A stretch of DNA of 61,660 nt, from contig CANGPW010000004.1 of NCBI GenBank assembly GCA_947456185.1, forward strand, positions 1 to 61,660. Direction: 5' to 3'. The notes under the pieces were generated by a model. The model saw nothing but the letters and a program-made list of their open reading frames with translations, ran no database searches and was not told the origin of the DNA. A program made the position numbers and the translations under genes. Shown here one piece after another: positions 10,134 through 20,378 of the stretch. Positions within the stretch are counted from its first letter, which is position 1. The number at the start of each line of letters is the position of its first letter. The DNA comes from Bacteroidota bacterium. GTDB lineage: Bacteria; Bacteroidota; Bacteroidia; UKL13-3.

Positions 10134-11066
10134 ATGAATTCCAACTTGCAAATAATTTTTTTGAAAAATACGCTATTCATTTTATTGCTCACTTTTATAC
10201 ATTTTCCTCAAAGTGCATTTTCACAAACATCAGATTCTAATGCTAACCCTATTAATAAAAAGAAGTTTAAAACCATTTTAGCCGCTGAATTAGTGGCATA
10301 CTCCTCAACTATGATAGGTTTAAACCAATTGTGGTATGCAAATTATGAAAAAGAAGCCTTTCATTTTTTTGATGATGATGCTGAGTGGAATCAAATGGAT
10401 AAAATTGGTCATTTGGGTTCAGCATATTATTTAGGATATATGCAAATAAAAATATTAAAAAACTGCGGATATACCAGTAAAAAATCAATGTTATTAGGAG
10501 GAGCCACCGGTTTTATTTTCCTTACATCAGTTGAAATATTAGATGGATTTTCGGCTGCTTGGGGCGCATCACTTGGCGATGTAATTGCAAATTCTGCTGG
10601 CTATGTTTTTCTTACAGCTCAGGAATTAACATGGAAAGAGCAACGAGTGATGCTAAAGTTTTCTATGACTCCATCACCTTACGCTAAATACAGACCCGAT
10701 TTATTAGGCAAAAATTTTCAAGAGCAATTGCTAAAAGATTATAACGCACAAACTTATTGGCTTTCGTTAAATGTTGGTTCATTTATGAAAATCCATCCAC
10801 AATTTCCAAAATGGTTAAATGTGGCAGTGGGATATGGAGCAGATGGAATGATAAGTGCCGAAGCTGATAAAAGCGGAAAAATGAATCAAAGTTTTAGCCG
10901 TTCTCGACAGTTTTATTTAAGTTTAGACTTAGATTTACATCACATAAAAACAAAAAAGGTTTGGTTAAATACCATATTGCAAACGGTAGGTTTTATAAAA
11001 ATACCTTTTCCAACTCTGGAATATAACACTGATAAAGGATTTGATTTCCATCCATTAATGTTTTAA
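10134..11066 (+). CDS. DUF2279/YfiM-like membrane-associated protein
   Basis: WNQMDKIGH, EILDGFSAAWGAS, LKDYNAQTYWLS, RQFYLSLDLD, KIPFPTLE; TACTTTTG at 10106-13 favours ATG 10134 over 10092. Confidence 0.75.
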   Translation: MNSNLQIIFLKNTLFILLLTFIHFPQSAFSQTSDSNANPINKKKFKTILAAELVAYSSTMIGLNQLWYANYEKEAFHFFDDDAEWNQMDKIGHLGSAYYLGYMQIKILKNCGYTSKKSMLLGGATGFIFLTSVEILDGFSAAWGASLGDVIANSAGYVFLTAQELTWKEQRVMLKFSMTPSPYAKYRPDLLGKNFQEQLLKDYNAQTYWLSLNVGSFMKIHPQFPKWLNVAVGYGADGMISAEADKSGKMNQSFSRSRQFYLSLDLDLHHIKTKKVWLNTILQTVGFIKIPFPTLEYNTDKGFDFHPLMF

Positions 11067-11093
11067 AAATTTCTAATAATATCACTCATTAAC

Positions 11094-11131
11094 AAAAAAG
11101 CCTTGCAGAACTATAGTTCTACAAGGCTTTT
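11094..11131. terminator. Bidirectional terminator between DUF2279 gene and ftsZ
   Basis: AAAAGCCTTGCAGAACT-AT-AGTTCTACAAGGCTTTT. Confidence 0.85.
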
Positions 11132-11149
11132 CAATAATTATAAAATCTA

Positions 11150-12847
11150 CTAATCTACATTATCGTGTAAAAAAGAGTTATTGGTTTTTATTTCTGATTT
11201 TCCACTTACTAAGTCTTCAAATAAACTTAAACGCGAAATTTGTTTTTCGGAACTATGTGGTACATCATCTAATTTTTTATTTCTTCTAACATAAGCTGGT
11301 TCCTTTTCTAAGTCTCTTAAACCTTGTGGATTATTGATGGTAATATTTAAGTTTTTCAACTCTTTAATTCTTTGAATTTGGCGTTCTATTTTTTTATCTT
11401 GGTCAATAGAATTGCTTTCCATTTCATCAGATATTTGATTTGTTTTTGGAACTATAGCATTATTAATTGTTTCAATTTTATCAATAAAAACATCTTCGTT
11501 TACTTCCAAATAATCATCTTCTATTAACTCCTCATTTGTGTTTATAAAATATGATTCCTCCATTTTTGCATCAAAGGAATTAAAATCAAAGGATTCTTCT
11601 TCTTTGATTTCATCAATACGTAAACCAAAACCCAAATCATTTTCCAATTCTATTTCTTGCTTAGCTAATTCATCTTCAATTAAATTAATTCTGATTGTAT
11701 CATCAACTTTTTTTTCAACAGGTTTGGTTTCAAAAACATTATTAACACTAGTATTTGGTGTAGTTTGAACAACTTGAACTATTTCTGACTTGGTATCAAT
11801 AACGATTGAATTATTGTTATTTGTTTGAACATCATTGTCAGAAATAGTAGAGCCAATAATTACTTTATTTTCGCGAGGTTTACTTTCAAAACCTGTAGCA
11901 ATTAAAGTTACAGAAATTTTATTTCCTAACGATTCGTCAAAACTAGTTCCTAAAATTAACTCAGCCGATAAGCCACTTTCATTTTGAATATACGCTGATA
12001 TTTGTTCAAATTCTTCCATTAATATTTCTTCAGTTCCCGATGAAATATTCAATAATATATTCTTAGCCCCAACTATTTGATTATCGTTTAATAAAGGTGA
12101 TGCCAATGCAGCTTTAACAGCTACTAATGCACGGTCTTCACCTTCTGCCATTGCGCTACCCATTAGTGCCACACCGCTAGCTTTCATTACTGTTTTTACA
12201 TCTTCAAAATCTACATTAATATAACCAGGTTGAGTAATAATTTCAGCAATACCTTTAGCAGCGGTAGTTAATATATTATTGGCATGGCCAAAAGCTTCGC
12301 GCAATGCTAAGTTTCCGTACATATCTTTAATTTTATCGTTGCTAATAATAAGCAAACAATCAACAGAACGTTTTAAGTTTTCTAAACCTTCATCTGCAAA
12401 AGTTTTTCTTTTCTTACCTTCAAAATTAAATGGAGTAGTAACTATACCAACAGTTAAAATATCCATTTCCTTAGCTGTTTTGGCAATGATAGGAGCAGCA
12501 CCAGTTCCAGTTCCACCCCCCATTCCAGCAGTAATAAATAACATTTTGGTATTTACACCAAGCATGTCAATTATATCTTCAATGGCTTCCATAGCAGCTT
12601 TTTTTCCAACTTCAGGATTTGCTCCAGCGCCCAAACCTTGAGTTAAACTAGCGCCTAACTGAATTTTATTTGGAATAGCACTTGCTTCTAAAGCCTGCAA
12701 ATCGGTATTGCAAATAATAAAATCTACCCCTTTGATTCCTTGTTCGTGCATGTGATTTACAGCATTTCCACCTCCTCCACCAACACCTATTACTTTAATA
12801 ATAGAGGATTTTTCCTTTGGCAAATTAAATTTTATTCTTGTTTCCAT
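11150..12847 (-). CDS. ftsZ: Cell division protein FtsZ
   Basis: GVGGGGGNA, GMGGGTGTG, INVDFEDV; long acidic linker; C-terminal PAYVRR...NNSFLHDNVD. Confidence 0.99.
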   Translation of the reverse strand: METRIKFNLPKEKSSIIKVIGVGGGGGNAVNHMHEQGIKGVDFIICNTDLQALEASAIPNKIQLGASLTQGLGAGANPEVGKKAAMEAIEDIIDMLGVNTKMLFITAGMGGGTGTGAAPIIAKTAKEMDILTVGIVTTPFNFEGKKRKTFADEGLENLKRSVDCLLIISNDKIKDMYGNLALREAFGHANNILTTAAKGIAEIITQPGYINVDFEDVKTVMKASGVALMGSAMAEGEDRALVAVKAALASPLLNDNQIVGAKNILLNISSGTEEILMEEFEQISAYIQNESGLSAELILGTSFDESLGNKISVTLIATGFESKPRENKVIIGSTISDNDVQTNNNNSIVIDTKSEIVQVVQTTPNTSVNNVFETKPVEKKVDDTIRINLIEDELAKQEIELENDLGFGLRIDEIKEEESFDFNSFDAKMEESYFINTNEELIEDDYLEVNEDVFIDKIETINNAIVPKTNQISDEMESNSIDQDKKIERQIQRIKELKNLNITINNPQGLRDLEKEPAYVRRNKKLDDVPHSSEKQISRLSLFEDLVSGKSEIKTNNSFLHDNVD

Positions 12848-12918
12848 GGTCTTGTTATTTATGCCTTTGCTTAATTGTAAACTTTTGCGATATAATATTT
12901 TTTTATTGATTTTTTATA

Positions 12919-14238
12919 CTAAAAGTCTTTCATGTCGTCAGCACTGAACATCCAGTTATTATATTTTTTCATTAAACCTCTAAAAATACTTTTACCTTCT
13001 TTTACTTCTTTTATATCAAGTAATTCATCATTTAATTCTTCATTACTTATGTCAATTCCTTCAAAGCCTTTAATTACTAAACCAACTGCAGTAGCATACA
13101 TTGGACTTTTAATTTCATCAATATGTGATTTGCCTAAATGCTCATTGGCATAACCAATTCTAGTATCCATTCCGGTAACTAATTCAACAGTCATGGTTAA
13201 ATGCTTTAATTGTGAGCCACCACCAGTAATAACGATACCTGCATTTAATTTCTTTTCTAATCCAGATGATTTTATTTGAAACAATACTTCTTCAAAAATT
13301 TCTTCTATACGAGATTGAATTACTTTGGCTAAATTTTTAATAGAAACTTCTTTAGGAGAACGACCTCTAAAACTTGGAATAGTAACAATTTCATTTTCCT
13401 TATTTTGTTCTTCTAAAGCTGAGCCAAATTTTACTTTTAATAATTCTGCTTGATTTCTTAAAACTTGACAACCATCAATAATATCATCAGTAATTACATT
13501 ACCTCCAAAAGGAATAACTGAAGTGTGACGAATGATACCATTTTTAAAAATAGCCACATCGGTAGTTCCACCACCTATATCAACTAAGCAAACACCAGCT
13601 TCTAATTCTTCCTGAGCTAAAACAGCATCAGCACTTGAAAGTGGTTCAAGTATTAAACCAGCTATAGATAAATTTGCTCTCTTTACCGATTTATCAATAT
13701 TTTTAATGGCTTCAATGTGACCAGTTATTATATGAAAATTACTCGATAAGCGAATTCCAGTCATACCAATTGGTTCAATTACATCAACTTCATCATCTAC
13801 AGTATATTCTTGTGGTAAAACATGAATAATTTTATCGCCAGGAGGCAGAGCTAAATTATAAGTATCTTTAATTAAACGTTCCACATCATCTTTACTAATC
13901 TCCTCTTCAGTATTGGTTCTGCTAATACTGTTTTTGTGTTGCAAACTTTTAATATGTTGCCCAGCAATACCAACATGTACAGATGAAATTTCAATACCTT
14001 TAATATTTGTATTTGGGTTTTTACTAACGCTTTCTTTTGCTTTTGCAATGGCTTCGTTAATGGCGTTAACAGTTTTGTCAATGTTTCTAACTTCTCCACG
14101 AATTACGCCTAAACTTTCCGCTTTTCCCATGCCAAGAATATCTATTTTGCCATGTTCATTTTTAGTGCCTACAATGGCACAAACCTTAGTTGTTCCAATA
14201 TCTAAGCCTACTACAATTTTTAATTCTTGAGGTTGCAT
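12919..14238 (-). CDS. ftsA: Cell division protein FtsA
   Basis: GLDIGTTK, VDIGGGTTD, ITGGGSQL; position upstream of ftsZ. Confidence 0.98.
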   Translation of the reverse strand: MQPQELKIVVGLDIGTTKVCAIVGTKNEHGKIDILGMGKAESLGVIRGEVRNIDKTVNAINEAIAKAKESVSKNPNTNIKGIEISSVHVGIAGQHIKSLQHKNSISRTNTEEEISKDDVERLIKDTYNLALPPGDKIIHVLPQEYTVDDEVDVIEPIGMTGIRLSSNFHIITGHIEAIKNIDKSVKRANLSIAGLILEPLSSADAVLAQEELEAGVCLVDIGGGTTDVAIFKNGIIRHTSVIPFGGNVITDDIIDGCQVLRNQAELLKVKFGSALEEQNKENEIVTIPSFRGRSPKEVSIKNLAKVIQSRIEEIFEEVLFQIKSSGLEKKLNAGIVITGGGSQLKHLTMTVELVTGMDTRIGYANEHLGKSHIDEIKSPMYATAVGLVIKGFEGIDISNEELNDELLDIKEVKEGKSIFRGLMKKYNNWMFSADDMKDF

Positions 14239-14273
14239 TTTTATATGTTTTATTTTATAAAATTTATTTATTT

Positions 14274-15062
14274 CTATTTACAAACAACTTGTTTATCAAA
14301 CCTAATATCTATGGTTTTATACTTATTCCATCCTACTCTACTTAACCCCTCTTTATAAAACACAAAAAGCTTTTCAAATTTGGTTTCCAAATTATTAGCA
14401 TCACCAAATAAAATTAAATGGTTTCCAATTTTTGGTATTAAAATAAACTCATTATCCCTTGTTACAAATATCTGTTCTATCTGTGCTTTCCAGAATATTT
14501 GTTTATCAACATAAGAGGCAATAGTATACAACTGTTTTGCTACAAAACTATACACTGTATCTCCAGGTATATTTCTTTCAAATATATTGCCGTTGGCAAT
14601 GGGAACATGTGCGGTGAACTTATTGGAGGTTTGAAATTTTACTCCAAATTTATCAATGTAATAATTAACACCATTAAACCTATAAACCCTAATTATTGGT
14701 TCGCGTTGGTTAATTTTTACATATACATTTCCGTTTAAATCATTATATACTTTTGCCTCTTTCAAAAAAGTATTTTCCGATAATTTATTTTCTAAATAAC
14801 TTGTATTAATTTCATCGATCTTTGCATTTGAAAAATCGTATATATTTCCATTTTCGGAAATAGTTTTAATAACTGCCTTTCTACTAAAAAAGGCTACATT
14901 TTCGGGAAAAATTTGAATGATTACTTTTTTAGCTGATAAATTTTCTTCTAGTTTATTTGTTAAGATTATAGTAAACACAAGCCCACAGCAAAGCATAATC
15001 CATAAGAGGAGAATGCCTAGCTTTTTTAAAGCATTTTTGTTTCTGTCATTTAACCATTTCAT
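14274..15062 (-). CDS. ftsQ: Cell division protein FtsQ/DivIB
   Basis: Single N-terminal TM helix, QREPIIRV, GWNKYKTIDIRFDKQVVC; between murC and ftsA. Confidence 0.85.
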   Translation of the reverse strand: MKWLNDRNKNALKKLGILLLWIMLCCGLVFTIILTNKLEENLSAKKVIIQIFPENVAFFSRKAVIKTISENGNIYDFSNAKIDEINTSYLENKLSENTFLKEAKVYNDLNGNVYVKINQREPIIRVYRFNGVNYYIDKFGVKFQTSNKFTAHVPIANGNIFERNIPGDTVYSFVAKQLYTIASYVDKQIFWKAQIEQIFVTRDNEFILIPKIGNHLILFGDANNLETKFEKLFVFYKEGLSRVGWNKYKTIDIRFDKQVVCK

Positions 15063-15069
15063 ATCTTAA

Positions 15070-16455
15070 TTATTTTTCTAAAATTTCTTTGATAGGATTT
15101 ATCAATAAATCAATGTCTCCAGCACCCAATGTTAAAAATACTTTTGGCTGATTTTTTTTTACAGCTTCTAACAATTCATTTCTACTTACCAAATGTTTTT
15201 TTGAAGTAATTTTATCAAAAATTATTTTAGAAGTTATGCCTTCAATTGGTAATTCACGAGCTGGATAAATATCTAACAAAAATACTTCATTTGCTAATGA
15301 CAAACTTTCGGCAAATCCATCTACAAAATCACGTGTACGAGAAAACAAATGTGGTTGAAATGCCAATACAATTTCATTTGCAGGAAACATGTTTTTTACA
15401 GACGAAATAATAGCACGCAACTCTTCAGGATGGTGCGCATAATCGTCAATATAAATTTGATTTTCTTCTTTTATAATATATTCAAACCTACGCTTAACCC
15501 CTTTAAATCCATACAATGCGGAACGCAATTCGTTTTCAGTAACGCCACTTATTAAGCATGCTGCACATGCTGCTACAGCATTTTCCACATTATGTAATCC
15601 TGGAATTCCTAATTGCAAATTGTTAATTTCCGTTCCTTTATAAACTAAATCAAATGTATAATCGCCTTTGGTTATTAATATGTTTTTTGCATACACATCC
15701 GCTTCCGATTCTATGGAATAAGTAATGTAATTTACAGTAATATCATGGATTAAATCAAGTTCTTTTTTAATAATTAGTGTACCACCATTTACCAAACGAT
15801 TGGTATAATCTAAAAACGATTTTTTTAATTCGTTATGTTCACCATAAATATCCAAATGATCAGCATCTGTTGAAGTGATAATGGAAATTGTTGGATATAA
15901 AGTAAGAAACGATCTATCAAATTCATCGGCTTCTATCACCACAATTTGTTGATTGGTTGATTGGTTGATTGGTTGATTGGCTAATAATAAATTGGTATTA
16001 TAATTTGTAGAAATACCCCCTAAAAAAGCGCTACAATCAACTGAACTTTGTTTTAAAATATGAGCAATTAAAGTAGATGTGGTGGTTTTTCCATGTGTGC
16101 CAGCTACACCAATTGTTTGATGATTTTTACTTATTAAACCTAAAACTTGTGAACGTTTTAAAATTTCAAATCCGTTGTTTTTTAACCAAGCCCACTCTTG
16201 GTGGTTGGGAGGAATAGCGGGGGTTAAAACAACTAGTAAATTCGAATTATTAAATTCAAAATTCGAAACAGTATCGCCTAAATCTTCAAAGTGAATATCA
16301 ATTCCTTCTTTGATTAATTCATTGGTTAAAGAAGTAGGAGTTTTGTCGTAACCCATTACTTTAATTCCCAAATGGTTAAAATAGCGGGCAATGGCACTCA
16401 TGCCAATACCGCCAATGCCAAGAAAATAAGCTGTCTTTATATTTTTGATGTCCAT
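15070..16455 (-). CDS. murC: UDP-N-acetylmuramate--L-alanine ligase
   Basis: GIGGIGMS, AGTHGKTTT, EADEFDRSFL, DDYAHHP, FQPHLFSRT. Confidence 0.98.
   Translation of the reverse strand: MDIKNIKTAYFLGIGGIGMSAIARYFNHLGIKVMGYDKTPTSLTNELIKEGIDIHFEDLGDTVSNFEFNNSNLLVVLTPAIPPNHQEWAWLKNNGFEILKRSQVLGLISKNHQTIGVAGTHGKTTTSTLIAHILKQSSVDCSAFLGGISTNYNTNLLLANQPINQSTNQQIVVIEADEFDRSFLTLYPTISIITSTDADHLDIYGEHNELKKSFLDYTNRLVNGGTLIIKKELDLIHDITVNYITYSIESEADVYAKNILITKGDYTFDLVYKGTEINNLQLGIPGLHNVENAVAACAACLISGVTENELRSALYGFKGVKRRFEYIIKEENQIYIDDYAHHPEELRAIISSVKNMFPANEIVLAFQPHLFSRTRDFVDGFAESLSLANEVFLLDIYPARELPIEGITSKIIFDKITSKKHLVSRNELLEAVKKNQPKVFLTLGAGDIDLLINPIKEILEK
15949..15980. repeat. Four perfect TTGATTGG copies inside murC
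   Basis: Encodes (A)NQPINQSTNQQ just before VVIEADE. Confidence 0.95.
16239..16266. repeat. Degenerate 7-mer array inside murC
   Basis: aattcga attatta aattcaa aattcga; encodes SNFEFNNSN. Confidence 0.6.
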
Positions 16456-16458
16456 TTT

Positions 16459-17550
16459 TTATTTCATCAATTTTATTACTTCATCTACAATTAACTCAGC
16501 CGCATTTGGTAGGGCAAAATTGCTAATGTTTTTTACTAAATCTACTTGTTTATTTGAATCGTTTATTAAGTTTAACGTTTCAGTTATCAAGTTATTTTTA
16601 GCATCTATGTCTTTTACTAAAATAGCTGCATTTACATTTACCAAAGCCATCGCATTTTTTGTCTGATGGTCTTCTGCTACATTTGGCGAAGGCACTAAAA
16701 TGATAGGTTTGGCCACTTGAGCTAATTCGGCAATTGACAATGCTCCGGCTCTTGAAATTACTACATCGGCTGCTGCATAAGCTAAGTCCATCTCGTAAAT
16801 AAAATGTTGGACGTTGAATGTTGGATGTTGGATTTTATTAGCTTTATCAAAGTTTTTACCCGTTTGCCAAATCAAGTTAATATTTGCTTCTTTTAATTGA
16901 TCAAACCCATCAAAAATACTTTCATTGATGGTTCTTGCACCTAAACTCCCCCCTATTACTAAAACAGTTTTTTTAGCTGAGTCCAATTTAAAAAAATCAA
17001 TGGCTTCGTTTCTTTTACTAGAAACATCCATCAAATCTTGTCGTATTGGATTTCCAGTTTTTACCAACTTATTTGCTGGAAAAAACTTTTCCATGTGATC
17101 ATATGCCACACAAATTTTATTGACTTTATCTTTTAATATTTTATTTGTTATACCCGCATACGAATTTTGTTCATGAATTAAAGTTGGAAGTTTTTTTAAT
17201 GAAGCTGCATAAAGCACCGCACTACTTGCATAACCTCCAAAACCAATCACAACATCTGGTTTGAATTTATTGATTATTCCAAATGATTTAATAATACTTG
17301 AAATTACTTTTATAGGAAATAATAAATTTTTATAAGTTATTCTGCGTTGCAAACCGCTAATCCATAAGCCAACAATTTTAAAACCAGCCTTAGGAACTTT
17401 CTCCATTTCCATTCTATCGCTAGCACCAACAAATAAAAATTCTACTTCATTATTCAACCTTTTTTGTAAAGCTTGTGCAACCGCAATAGCTGGATAAATA
17501 TGTCCGCCAGTACCGCCTGCGCTTATAATAACTTTCTTTTTAGTTTTCAT
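16459..17550 (-). CDS. murG: Lipid II GlcNAc transferase MurG
   Basis: GGTGGHIYP, HEQNS, TGNPIR, GGSLGA, SRAGA, EDHQTKNA. Confidence 0.98.
   Translation of the reverse strand: MKTKKKVIISAGGTGGHIYPAIAVAQALQKRLNNEVEFLFVGASDRMEMEKVPKAGFKIVGLWISGLQRRITYKNLLFPIKVISSIIKSFGIINKFKPDVVIGFGGYASSAVLYAASLKKLPTLIHEQNSYAGITNKILKDKVNKICVAYDHMEKFFPANKLVKTGNPIRQDLMDVSSKRNEAIDFFKLDSAKKTVLVIGGSLGARTINESIFDGFDQLKEANINLIWQTGKNFDKANKIQHPTFNVQHFIYEMDLAYAAADVVISRAGALSIAELAQVAKPIILVPSPNVAEDHQTKNAMALVNVNAAILVKDIDAKNNLITETLNLINDSNKQVDLVKNISNFALPNAAELIVDEVIKLMK
16804..16831. repeat. 7-mer array (ATGTTGG x4, one variant) inside murG
   Basis: atgttgg acgttga atgttgg atgttgg; encodes IQHPTFNVQH. Confidence 0.8.
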
Positions 17551-17580
17551 ATTGGTTAAAACTATATTATTACAATTTGA

Positions 17581-18810
17581 TTAAGTGCTTATAAAATTAT
17601 TATTTTTTGAATCTATGTTATCGTTTTCTTCTTCTTTGTTTTCTACTTCTATAAATCGGCTTACACTCATAATTAAACCCAAAGTTATGAATGTAAAAAT
17701 CAATGAAGTTCCACCTTTACTTACCAATGGTAATGTTAAACCAGTAACAGGAAGTAAACCAACTGCTACTGCCATATTTATTAATGCCTGTAACACAAAC
17801 TGAAATGACAACCCTACTGCTATTAATGCTCCAAAAGCCTTAGGAGCTTTCTTAATAATATTAACTGTTCTATACATAAATATGAGGTATAATATCAACA
17901 TAATTATTCCTAAAATCATTCCATATTCTTCTATAATAATTGCAAAAATAAAATCAGCATAAGCTTCAGGTAAAAAATTTCGTTCAATACTTTGTCCGGG
18001 GCCAATTCCAAAAAGTCCACCAGATGCAATTGCAATTTTTGCATGATCGGCTTGAAAATTATTTTCGTTTCTTACTTCAATATTAGCTCCGGTTTTTTTA
18101 CTAGTATCGGTTTTAGCAACAAAAGTTTTAATTCGTCCTTGCCAGGTTTCCATTCTGCCCATTTTACTAATAATGGTAACTGGGGTTAAAAACAAAAACA
18201 ATCCAAATAACACTCCAATAAAGATTGAAACACCTCCTATTTTTAACAAGTAAATTACCTTTACTCTGCCCAAAAAAAGCATTAAAAAACAAGTTACAAA
18301 TAGCATCAAAGCCGTACTTAAATTATCTTTACCAATAAGCACACAAGTGACAGTAATATGTCCAAGTAAAGGATAAATTACGCCTTTCATATCGTCTAAA
18401 TTATCTTTATGTTTTGCTAAAGTTCTGATGGTATAAAGCAAAATAGCTACTTTAGAAAAATCGGAAGATTGAAAAGTAAAAATGCCAAATGAAATCCACC
18501 GTTTAGCTCCGTTAATAGTAACGCCAAAAAGTATGGTTGCTATTAATAATGCATAAGAAATATAGAGCAGAAACTTTGCAATTCCCATAAAATTTTTATA
18601 GTGAATGGTATGCAAATATAGCATGATGACAAAACCAATAAATATATAAAAACCATGCTGTAATAAATATAAAAATGCACTGCTTTGGTTTTTGTAAGCT
18701 AACCAACTTACCGAACTATAAACCGCCAACAAACCCCATAGCGACAGCATCATAATGATGAGCCACATGGCCTTATCGCCTTTAGGTTTTAAAAATTGGG
18801 TAATGGTCAT
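17581..18810 (-). CDS. ftsW: SEDS peptidoglycan polymerase FtsW
   Basis: NGAKRWI, FQSSDFSK, DFIFAIIIEEYG, PVTGLTLPLVSKGGTS; dcw position. Confidence 0.93.
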   Translation of the reverse strand: MTITQFLKPKGDKAMWLIIMMLSLWGLLAVYSSVSWLAYKNQSSAFLYLLQHGFYIFIGFVIMLYLHTIHYKNFMGIAKFLLYISYALLIATILFGVTINGAKRWISFGIFTFQSSDFSKVAILLYTIRTLAKHKDNLDDMKGVIYPLLGHITVTCVLIGKDNLSTALMLFVTCFLMLFLGRVKVIYLLKIGGVSIFIGVLFGLFLFLTPVTIISKMGRMETWQGRIKTFVAKTDTSKKTGANIEVRNENNFQADHAKIAIASGGLFGIGPGQSIERNFLPEAYADFIFAIIIEEYGMILGIIMLILYLIFMYRTVNIIKKAPKAFGALIAVGLSFQFVLQALINMAVAVGLLPVTGLTLPLVSKGGTSLIFTFITLGLIMSVSRFIEVENKEEENDNIDSKNNNFIST

Positions 18811-18836
18811 ATTTTATTTTATTTCTTAGCATTTCA

Positions 18837-18854
18837 GTTGGTGATAACACCAAC
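18837..18854. repeat. REP-like short palindrome
   Basis: GTTGGTG-ATAA-CACCAAC. Confidence 0.55.
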
Positions 18855-18881
18855 CGAGGGCAGATTTATATATTTTGGAAT

Positions 18882-18907
18882 AAAAAGTCTGTGCAAGCAG
18901 ACTTTTT
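18882..18907 (-). terminator. Terminator-like hairpin inside dcw cluster (after murD)
   Basis: AAAAAGTCTG-TGCAAG-CAGACTTTTT. Confidence 0.55.
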
Positions 18908-18938
18908 AAAAATCCGATTTGATTGATTTTTATTTTTA

Positions 18939-20282
18939 CTATAAACTTTTAACTGCATTTTTGAACATGCGTCCACGTTCTTCATAGTTTTTAAACAAAT
19001 CGAATGAAGCGCACGCTGGCGATAACAATACACATTCGCCAGTTTTTGCAAATTGCTTTGCAACCAAAACTGCTTCATTAGCACTGGTAGTATTAACTAT
19101 AAAATCTACGTCTTTAGCAAAGGCCTCATGAATTTTTGAATTGTCTAATCCCATGCATACTATCATTCTCACTTTGTCTTTCACTAATTCTTTCAGCATG
19201 GAATAATCATTGCCTTTGTCGGTTCCACCTGCAATCCAAACTACTGGCTTATCCATACATTCTAATGCATACCAAGCAGCATTTACATTGGTTGCTTTTG
19301 AATCGTTAATAAATTGGATTCCATCTACAGTAGCTACATTTTCTAATCTATGTTCTACATTTTTAAAATCAGTTAACGCTTCGCGAATAACTTCATTTTT
19401 AATTTCTAGCGCTTTACCAATTAGGGCAGCAGCCAATGAGTTGTAGGTATTGTGTTTACCTCTTAATGCAAGTTGTGTTGTTGACATGGTGAATGGGTTT
19501 AATTGATTGTTTGAAATTTGCACGTATATGTTTCCATCCATTACAGTTGCACCAGCTGCAAGACTGGGATTAAACGAGAATGGAAGCATTTGTGCTTTTG
19601 TTATTGATTGTTGCAAGTTTTTTGTTGTTAATTCATCATCGGCACAATAAATAAAATAGTCAGCTTTAGTTTGATTCTGTGTGATTCTGAATTTTGAGTT
19701 GATATAATTTTGTATATCGTAATTGTATCTGTCTAAATGATCGGGAGTAATGTTGGTGAGCACCGCAACATTTGCATGAAATGCATACATATCATCTAAT
19801 TGAAAGCTACTAATTTCTAATACAAAATAGTCGTATTTTTTTTCAGCAACTAAGCGTGCAAAACCCACGCCTATATTGCCTCCGCAAGCCACATTTAGTC
19901 CTGCTTTTTGTAATAAATGATACACCAATGATGTTACTGTTGTTTTGCCATTTGTGCCAGTTATGGCAATGATAAATGCGTTGGTATATCGCGAAGCAAA
20001 TTCTATTTCACTAATAATAGAAATATTCAAAGAACGTAGCTTTTGAATCAGCTCATTTTTTTCGGGAATTCCCGGACTTTTTATGATTTCATCAGCATTT
20101 AAAATAAGTGTTTCTGTATGTTGTAATTCTTCAAAAGCAATGGTATGCTGTTGCAATTCCTCTTTGTATTTTTGAGGAATAGCACCTTTGTCTGACACAA
20201 ACACATCAAAGCCAAATTTCTTAGCTAAAATTGCTGCACCAGTTCCGCTTTCACCGCTTCCAAGTATTACTATTCGTTTCAT
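18939..20282 (-). CDS. murD: UDP-MurNAc-L-Ala--D-glutamate ligase
   Basis: GSGESG, KSPGIP, TGTNGKTT, EISSFQL, NDSKATN, LSPACASFD. Confidence 0.98.
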   Translation of the reverse strand: MKRIVILGSGESGTGAAILAKKFGFDVFVSDKGAIPQKYKEELQQHTIAFEELQHTETLILNADEIIKSPGIPEKNELIQKLRSLNISIISEIEFASRYTNAFIIAITGTNGKTTVTSLVYHLLQKAGLNVACGGNIGVGFARLVAEKKYDYFVLEISSFQLDDMYAFHANVAVLTNITPDHLDRYNYDIQNYINSKFRITQNQTKADYFIYCADDELTTKNLQQSITKAQMLPFSFNPSLAAGATVMDGNIYVQISNNQLNPFTMSTTQLALRGKHNTYNSLAAALIGKALEIKNEVIREALTDFKNVEHRLENVATVDGIQFINDSKATNVNAAWYALECMDKPVVWIAGGTDKGNDYSMLKELVKDKVRMIVCMGLDNSKIHEAFAKDVDFIVNTTSANEAVLVAKQFAKTGECVLLSPACASFDLFKNYEERGRMFKNAVKSL

Positions 20283-20293
20283 TTTTTAGATTA

Positions 20294-20375
20294 TAGTACT
20301 TAGTTTTTAGTACTTAGTTATTGTTTGTTACTGTTTAAATAAATCACAATTCAAAAATCCTAAATCAAAAATCAG
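20294..20375. repeat. Two different 7-mer arrays in the mraY-murD spacer
   Basis: TAGTACT/TAGTTTT x4 (20294-321) and AAATCAA-type x5 (20341-375). Confidence 0.8.
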
Positions 20376-20378
20376 TTG

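Noticed and set aside
11150-11880. Very long acidic FtsZ linker
   Set aside because: Long linkers with the FLHDNVD tail are normal for the phylum; no intein motifs seen
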